A stretch of DNA of 59,512 nucleotides, filler included, from Circinaria calcarea (lineage: Eukaryota), in NCBI GenBank assembly GCA_051942165.1. It is 7 parts of 7 records of this genome, joined end to end, with 100 filler letters (N's around TTAATTAATTAA, not from the genome) between each part and the next. Parts side by side here need not be neighbours in the genome. Positions count along the whole stretch, not along the records: positions 51,111 to 59,512 come from JAVECS010001122.1; 6 more parts are not named here. One strand, 5' to 3'. Made by a program: the position numbers and the translations under genes. Each line of letters opens with the position of its first letter. Within the stretch, counting starts at the first letter, position 1. Below, piece after piece: positions 52,023 to 59,512 of this stretch. Under the pieces are notes generated by a model. The model was not told the origin of the DNA. It was given only the letters and a program-made list of their open reading frames with translations, and did no database searches.

Positions 52023-52607
52023 ATGGTTAACGCAAAGGTAAGCAGTCCACCCCTCTTCCAAAGAGACATCTCGCCAAGTCAGAATCCCGGAAGAAGCTGA
52101 CACCTTTACCAGACTCTCACCGTCATCCTCCTGAGCGGCATGGGTGCCCTCTCCATGGCCGCTCCCGCCGCCGACAATCAAGAAAGAGCCATCGGCAGCG
52201 TCGATGCCGCGGTCGCTCCTCTGCAAGTTCGAATCGCCGAGCTTGAGAAGCGCCTGGCGTCCATCGACAGCATGGTCGAGCTCCAAGCCCGTGATGCCGA
52301 GCCCGAAGCTGAACCCGAAGCCCTACTCGTAAGTAGCCAAGGCCAGGATCCTTTGAGACGATGCTAATCTTCCATCCAGGGCAAGAAAAAGAGCAGCAAG
52401 AAGAACAAGGGCAAGAAATCCAAGTCGAAGTCGCTCGACGACGGCGAATTCGAGTTGGTCTGCTACAAGAAGAAATCCGGCAGCGGCAGCCAGAAGTCGA
52501 AAGCCAAAGGCAGCAAGAAGTCCAAGAGCGGCAAGAAGGGTGGAAAGAAGGATGACAAGAAGAAAGATGACAAGAAGGAGGACAAGAAGGAGGACAAGAA
52601 GGAGTAG
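52023..52607 (+). CDS. Secreted prepropeptide (152 aa) with Lys/Ser-rich C-terminal region
   Basis: Exons 52023-52037, 52113-52328 and 52380-52607 with canonical introns, all in frame. Signal peptide MVNAKTLTVILLSGMGALSMA, pro-region ending ARDAEPEAEPEA, then LLGKKKSSKKNKGKKSKSK...KKDDKKEDKKEDKKE*. Confidence 0.85.
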
Positions 52608-54035
52608 AAGCCCCACTTTCTCTTTCCTCTGAGTGATCGATTTCTGGCAAGGCGTTATTTGGGCATTTTCAGAAGCGCAGTCGAGGAAACCGTCCTCGCC
52701 AGCATCGCTTTTAGCATAGCTTGCATAAGAAAGTCTTTTCAGCTTCGACCCCGAAACTATTCCTTGTCCTTGACAATCTCTTTGTGAAACGATGTGATGA
52801 CTAATGCATCTGGAGTAAATGCTGTAGATGTCGGATTATGTCTAAAAGAAGAGTCAGCATGAGGGACAGTAGTTCCTTTGCCTTACCTTTAAATCGAAGT
52901 TCCAATAAAAAGAGAGCTGTTCTGTGAGAGCAAGCGCAAAGTTCCGACACTCCTCATCCGCTGCCCTTTAGATATACTGCCGTACAGAACTTGTGCCTTT
53001 TGAGAGAGAGAGACAGAAGATCATGAAGCACGGCGGAATACAATATAGGGAATGTACCAGTAAGGATACTCACATATACTTATGTATAAAACCTGTCTGT
53101 ACGGGAGGCAAGCACAATGCCAGCAACGCTGTTCTCCCGGCACTATTAACAGAATCATATATGCCGAAGACATATGGACTCGTTCCTTGTGGAGCAAAGA
53201 GCGAGTCGATTAGCGCAAAGGACGAACATCACGCAAGAGTAATTTCACGATCCGATTGTTGACATCTACACGCCCAACTCAGTTGGAGCTCAAACATAAG
53301 GGGAAAACAGCACGTCGAGAACAAGTGGTTCTTGCGTTAGATGCGGGAACCCTCAATACATATTCCCAAGCCACCAACCGTCCCTCTTTACCCTTTTCCA
53401 AGACAACATGCTCTGCGTCCTCGTCCTCTACGGCCAGTTTCATAACTATGCAGGGAATGAGATCAATCAAAGGGACCCGATAAAGTGGAAGGCAATCAGT
53501 ATGACCATGAAAAAGATCTCCTATTCAAGAGGCCTCGAAGCGTTCGGGTCAGATGTCTGGTGTGAAAGATTTGTTCGTTGGAAAATAACATCGCTTCCGG
53601 TTACGGTGATAAAGATTCGAGCTGTGTAGTAGCCTATTGGGAATTAGTAGGCAGGCGGAACGCGGAGATCATGAAGATGCTGCAAGATGCTGGAAGGGCG
53701 ATTCAGAAACCGCTCCGGTCAAATGAGAACCCTGAAAGGCAAGTCGAGCATGAAGAATCCCTTTGTACTACCACAATGCTGAACCTGCCTAATGCGTTCC
53801 ACAAGGCTGATGAGTATTGGATCATCCGAAAGCCACTTCGAGAGAGGTGAAGAGGGCGAGCCAACTGATGCTAGCGGGATTGGAAACGTTCACCGGGCCG
53901 AAGAAATTGCCTGGCGGTCTATGCCTCGAAACGGAACCACATCGTTTCCTGAAAGGTTATCAACAAAGCATACGCTAGATCATGACTTCTTCAGTGCTCG
54001 GGTCTTTTATTTCTTATCCTAGGCGGTTAGAGAGG

Positions 54036-54610
54036 TCATCTACGGAGCCTAGGGTCTCGACTTGCGTCATACGAGACCGTCTGTTCGAGTTTCGGTGCTA
54101 CCGTTTCAACCTTCGGTACTGCTGTTTCGATGGGACCCTGCTTCATGCGTTCACTGGCTGAATAGTATCTCTCCATAACTTTCGCGGAATGCTTTTCATA
54201 CTCATTGAGTGCAGACAGAGTCTCGTCGACTATAACCAGTTCTTTGCTTTTAACTTGGCCTGGGCCGCCGGATATCCTGCGTGTTTGGGTCTCTGTCGCC
54301 AGGGTAGGCTTCGGTGTGCGAGGGTTCCATCGAGAGTGCAGTGAGCCTAAGAATGCTCGATCGCTATGACCCCGGGATATAGCGCCACTTGAGCGTTGTT
54401 TGTCATAAGATGACTCTGCTTCTGCTTGTCTCAAGTTTGTCAGGCCTTGGACCAGTAAGTCTGACCTATGTAGAAGCTCTTAGTTACCGTGATGGTCCAA
54501 AGCATGACCCTGGTCCGAATTCTTACTTCACCTGCCGGTGGTGGCTTTCCAGGTTCTTGATGATGGTTTCAAGCCTCTGTTCTGTTGAAAGGTAAGCGTT
54601 CGGCGTATCT
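54036..54610 (-). CDS. Hypothetical protein, 3' exons (start not resolved)
   Basis: Protein-like frame ending YDASRDPRLRR*. Upstream segment EQRLETIIKNLESHHRQ is separated by an intron-like stretch. Confidence 0.45.
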
Positions 54611-55279
54611 GCACTGAAAGGATGTTAATCTCCGATTTAGGGGTGATTGTAGACCAAAGATTTTACGTGGGGAATGGTTGTAGCACAGCACGTTGCATTG
54701 AGAGCTGGGATACATTCAGCCATTGTTAAGAGTAAAACAGACGCCATTAAGGAAGACATACATGGCTGCTCTGCATAGGATACTGATCTTCAGGGCCCAG
54801 CATGGCTTGATCGGAGTCAAGTGTGCTAATTTTCAAGACGCTTTCAATGATGTAGATGAGATTCCTTGAAGCCCAGATGACTTGGCATACTCTCAGAATT
54901 TAGGTTTGTAATATACAAAGTCTTTAGATCGTCGCCAACTTGGAGGTCTCTCACAAGCTGATACTGTGGTGAACGGATTAATCTCGGGCCGAAAGGGGCA
55001 TTACCATAACCTGGTCACTTTCCAGATTGATTCGACAAGGTCACTATCCCCAAATACCGTTACAGACGATTAAAACTATGAGGATAATTAGAAGCAGAGA
55101 AATAATATTATACTGATGCCCATATGCAAGATCCACCACTGATTGGAAATCGAAATTAGGTACATAGCCATGATACCGAGTAAATAATAATGATACCTAA
55201 CGTAATTGCTCAAATAATTCAGGAGCCTCTCCTGAAAATTGAAACGTCTCTGGCCATTCATCAAGAAGGCCCAGTCCGA

Positions 55280-55660
55280 AGATTCAGGGCCAGGAAAATG
55301 ATTGGGAGTCAAAAGACGCACTTGCGTGGCAGATCCTGCTCGCCAAAGTCAATGAATCGCGACGCTTGAACATGCTGCAGTAGGATTCCGCTGCCCAGGC
55401 AGGGAAGATGCTTGAACGCAAGCACCGCGAATACAACAAAGCATCGACATTTAGGCTGTAGGCCAAACAACCCCCGCCTTGCGAACGAGAAACGCATGAA
55501 TGTCGACGCCAAAAGCCCTTTAAGCTGAATTTTGCTCAACAGCGAAATTGCAATTGTCGACAAGGGCCTTGTGCTCAGCGATGACTGGCTCACTGCTATT
55601 CTGCTAGACAGCATACCCATAGAATACGACGAAAAAGTTACAATGTTTGAGATGCGAAAA
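55280..55660 (+). mobile_element. Degenerate Ty1/copia Gag fragment
   Basis: WESKDALAWQILLAKV..*DSAAQAGKML..LVLSDDWLTAILLDSIPIEYDEKVT matches the copia Gag (UBN2-type) pattern. In-frame stops present. No pol or LTR recognised. Confidence 0.6.
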
Positions 55661-55990
55661 AGACAAGGAGAAAGACGTCTTTGTGGAAGCGATACGTTTC
55701 TTAAGAGACGGGGAGGAAAACCTTGGCTGATCTCAATTCACGTAAATAGGACCAAATGATTGCAGCAGGGAGTTTCAGAGCATAGGATTGTATAGTTACT
55801 TTATCTCAGCGTCTGTGTTTGGAGATAAGTCTATCAAGCAGAGATATTCTCTAGTGGCCATTCAGATCTCCCGCCAGATGCAATACAAAACATAAATCTA
55901 TCAGCCATGACTGTATAGTCAAAATAACCTCTCTAAAGACAGTATCGCTCATGTCATCATGCATCATTATTCAGATCCCCGATTATTATT

Positions 55991-56630
55991 TTATGAAGCC
56001 TTCATGATCTTCAAAGTGACATTCGATCCGATCAAGACCTGGCCCTTCTTCCGCAGCATCACTTGCGAACCCGTGGCGAAGCTGGTCACAGCAAAAGATT
56101 CGTACCCTATCAAGATACCAGACATTAGCAATGGTTCGAAGAGATACAAATTCCGAGCCAGGAAACCTACCAGAATCACTCCTCGGCTTCAACGCATATA
56201 CCGGTTCACCCTCCGAGCTACAGATGGGCACCACCATAAACGCCGGCTTCGCATTCTGATCTCCTCCGTTGAAGGAGAATCCCTGAAACTGGTCCTTGCC
56301 GGACCGAGCATCCAAATTCGAGCACAGATCGCCTTGATTGCAAAGCTTCCCGCCATTGTTCCCGTTCAAGAAATCCAGCAGAGGGCTTGTCATGGGTGTA
56401 TCGCTCAAGATAAAGTGTCCGGGGCTCTTGGGGTTTTGGGGCCGCTCCCATGCGATCTGGAGTTCGGGTTGGCCCTCGGCGGAGCCATCGACTTGCAGGT
56501 AGAAGCCTTGGATGCGTTCTGGGATGGCGGTGGCTGGGGTACAATTTGAGGTTGCTGGGAACGGATATGGGGTCGGTGCCGTGAGGGCGAGGAGAGGCAG
56601 AGAGAGGAGGAAGAGGATGGAAGAATGCAT
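55991..56630 (-). CDS. Small secreted protein of unknown function
   Basis: Signal peptide MHSSILFLLSLPLLALTAP and 4 Cys. Intron 56107-56170 (gtaggt...atag) joins to GYESFAVT..VTLKIMKAS*. Confidence 0.8.
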
Positions 56631-59512
56631 CTTTGAAGATTGTTGGGAATGTAGAGGGGGAGAAGATGTTGGTACTGGGAGTTTGCTGGAGAGAGGACTT
56701 GGAGAGGAGACGTGAAGAGAAGAAAAGACAAGAGGATGAAGCTGGATGATGCAAAAAGACAAACCATGGGCGCCGAGGCCCTCTTTATATCTTCCCAACC
56801 AGCACCAGCGAAAGGCCCGATGCGGCAGCTTGCAAGGCCGCAGCTGTGCCGTACCTACCTTAAGGAATAGATAGATGCTTGTTGTGTTTTCTGCCGCAGC
56901 AGTCTGTACACCTTCCCATCGTTACCGCCTCAGTGCAGTGCGCGTCATTTCCCAACCCAATCGGTAAAGTCCCATGCTCCGAAAGAGGAGAGGCCTCGTC
57001 ACTTCGTACTCGGGGTTTGAGGGAACTTGAGGTACCTTAGGGGAAAGATAATGCGCTGATGAGTTATCTATCGACCTGCATGGGTGAGAAACTGGTCACA
57101 AAGGCCCGCTTCCCGACGCAGTAATCCTTGAACATTCCCGGCCCCGAAAGAAGACCTGCATATATGATACTTTTGGTTGTTCTCGCGTCCAAGGTACCTA
57201 GCTAGGCAGGCAGAAGTCTCTCCACCGTCATCACCGCCTTCCCACTCGGGCCGCAGCGTCCTTTGCCTCACCTCGCCCCATTATACGATATTGCTTTCAC
57301 TCCAGCCATACAGTCCAATCTCAGCAGTTATGCCAGTAACCCCGCCGCATTCGATTCCCAACTTCGATTCGAAATCATCGACGCAAGGTCCGTATCTACT
57401 GCGGTAAGGTAGCTGAGCTAAGGTCCCTTGCCCTCTTGAAATAACTATTTGCAGAACATTGCATCCTTCGGTGCATGGTACATGCGCGCCATCTGCACCC
57501 AGCCCTGCCCCTGCCGTTTTCCCCCACATATTTCCCCACAATGGTCCGCTTCCGTCAAAGGTTCCCTCGTATGTTTTCTTAGCCCATGCGGCGCCATGCG
57601 ATGATGCGGCCGAGACCCTCGCAAGCTGGCGGAAATGTCCGACACCCAATGGCAATCGGGCCTCCTAATTATTCTCTCTAGGGACCTCTTGGACTGCTCT
57701 CGCCGGCTACCATACCGAATCTGGTATCACACATGGCATAATCACCATTGATCCAGCCGCAAAACCCCGGCTTTCCCCCAGCTCAGGATTGCGACGACAA
57801 TGTACCTCAGTACTCCGTAGGGACAACAATCTATTCCGAGATCTGCAATGTTCTCCAGCGACGCCACCTTATGGAATGATAGCTGCGCATATCTAAAGGT
57901 GCGGGCTAAATCGGTGGAAGCACTTAGAGGACTTCTTTCGAAGCCGAGGTTTATGTTTCTCACGGGCTAGACAATAAACACCTGCAGCTACTGCGTCGCT
58001 CGGCGTTTGTGGCTTCCCGGAATGGATGGATTGCTGGCTTCTATTCATTCATTCGTTCGTTGCCTCAACCACGAAGCCAGTAATGCTCTCTGCTGGCCAG
58101 ACAGAACAACCGGATTCGACTGCGCTTCTGTTACTATGCAGTAGTCATCGTCCGGGTAATGCAAGGTTCAGATGACCTCTCTACGTATTCTGCCACTCAT
58201 GTACTCTCACGTCTTACTCCAGCTAGACTTGACGGGAATAACAGACATGGGATATTCCCACTAAAGCATCCTCTTTCTGCAAGGCGGGTTCCGACGACTC
58301 TAATCGAAGCAGCCACGAGGACCTAGAAGCCGGAAACGGGTCGCAAATGTAACCACGGTACGGAGTACCTGTTATCCCATTTACCGACCTGCATGCATGC
58401 ACAGCCGTCCATACCCGAACACGAGAATAGGAACGTGGAGGCTGGGAGACCATAAGGCGGAAGATGTAGGTACATCGTACTATGGACTGCGACAACAAGG
58501 TTACGGCAGTGGGATACTAAAGTTACGGTTTCTAGATAGACGACGCCAGATTGCAATCGAGACCACGTAGATATTCCACGGCGAGTACAGTTGTTGATGG
58601 AATCAGCTTGGCTGGTTCGATTACTTGTTGCCCCTCGGTATCGCCGACCGCTGTCGACCTTTCCCACTTCCAACCTCCCAAAACCAAAGCAACCAAATAT
58701 CGACATCAGGAATTCCCGCAGCCTCGTAGAGCACCTATACTACACGTCACCCGTGCCCCCCTTAGCCGGGGATCAATCAAGCGGGCAAACTATTCCGGCT
58801 TGCTTACTTACCTCCATATGGTAAAATCCTGTTCCCGGGAAAACTCGGCCAATATTTGGGAAACTTCAAATTGGCCTCGCCTCGAATTACATTCGAAATT
58901 TCTCGACTGTGTAAAAACTCCATCAAATTCTTACCATGCATTACTTTACACCCAAGGAGACTCTTTTTCTATTAAGAAAATACGGGGGGATGTAACTAAA
59001 TCATATTATATATCCTATGAAATTATTAAATAATTCTCGTAATATGATGTAATGTAATGAATTGTGGCTAAAAAGTAAAATTTTCGTTGGATTTTTTTTC
59101 CCGGATAAATTTTATGGAATGCCATACTATATGGCTGCTGCTGTAGTAAGAATCTCTTACGAATGGTGTTAATGATCTTTGACGAATAAGTCAACTGTGC
59201 TTCTAATGATTCGCATGGTGTATGAATCATTGTGCCAAAACTTCGCACCCTATAGTAAACGAATACCTTTCATGACCTCGGTTATATGACTCACGCTATA
59301 GGAGTTCGTAATCGTTCTCCGGGGCCGGTCGATAGCTCTTATTTACAATTATGCACAATGTGCTGTGTATATAAATAATATGTAGATTTGCCAGAGTTGC
59401 GCGAAAAAACCAAGCAAGAGAAAAACTCTGCAGACATACACACACGCACGCTATGGTACTTATTACCAATCAATGGGCAGGGTAATGTGATGCAGAAAAA
59501 ACCCTTTTTATA

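Noticed and set aside
57280..57670. Possible small spliced Pro-rich gene on the plus strand
   Set aside because: One intron-like segment, but no convincing product or homology cue.

Overview
Filamentous ascomycete (Pezizomycotina) nuclear DNA with short GT-AG introns. The window is not one locus. It is seven contigs of about 8.4 kb joined by 100-nt N/TTAATTAATTAA/N linkers in decreasing length order, so neighbourhood only counts within a contig. Contig 1: SPT23/MGA2-like factor (partial), a glutathione S-transferase and TAD3. Contig 2: transaldolase-like gene, a divergent dispersed 5S rRNA and a HeLo-like/NACHT/ankyrin NLR. Contig 3: entirely one palindrome (two diverged arms of about 4.2 kb, 1-nt spacer) with two outward-facing patatin genes, one with a premature stop. 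Contig 4: membrane protein, FBXO31-like F-box gene, and an unusual SesA/sigma-amyloid fusion to a putative ADP-ribosyltransferase-fold domain. Contig 5: two divergent UstYa/DUF3328 genes, a 70-aa spliced secreted peptide gene absent from the ORF track that looks like a single-core RiPP precursor, a possible MITE and a PTH11-like gene. Contig 6: mostly degenerate sequence, a 15-bp minisatellite and the 3' part of a UNC-93-like transporter. Contig 7: a secreted Lys/Ser-rich prepropeptide, a copia gag relic and an orphan secreted protein. The best candidates for new biology are the DUF3328 pair with its precursor, the SesA-sigma-ART-like fusion and the palindrome. All family calls come from motif recognition by eye; no searches were run.
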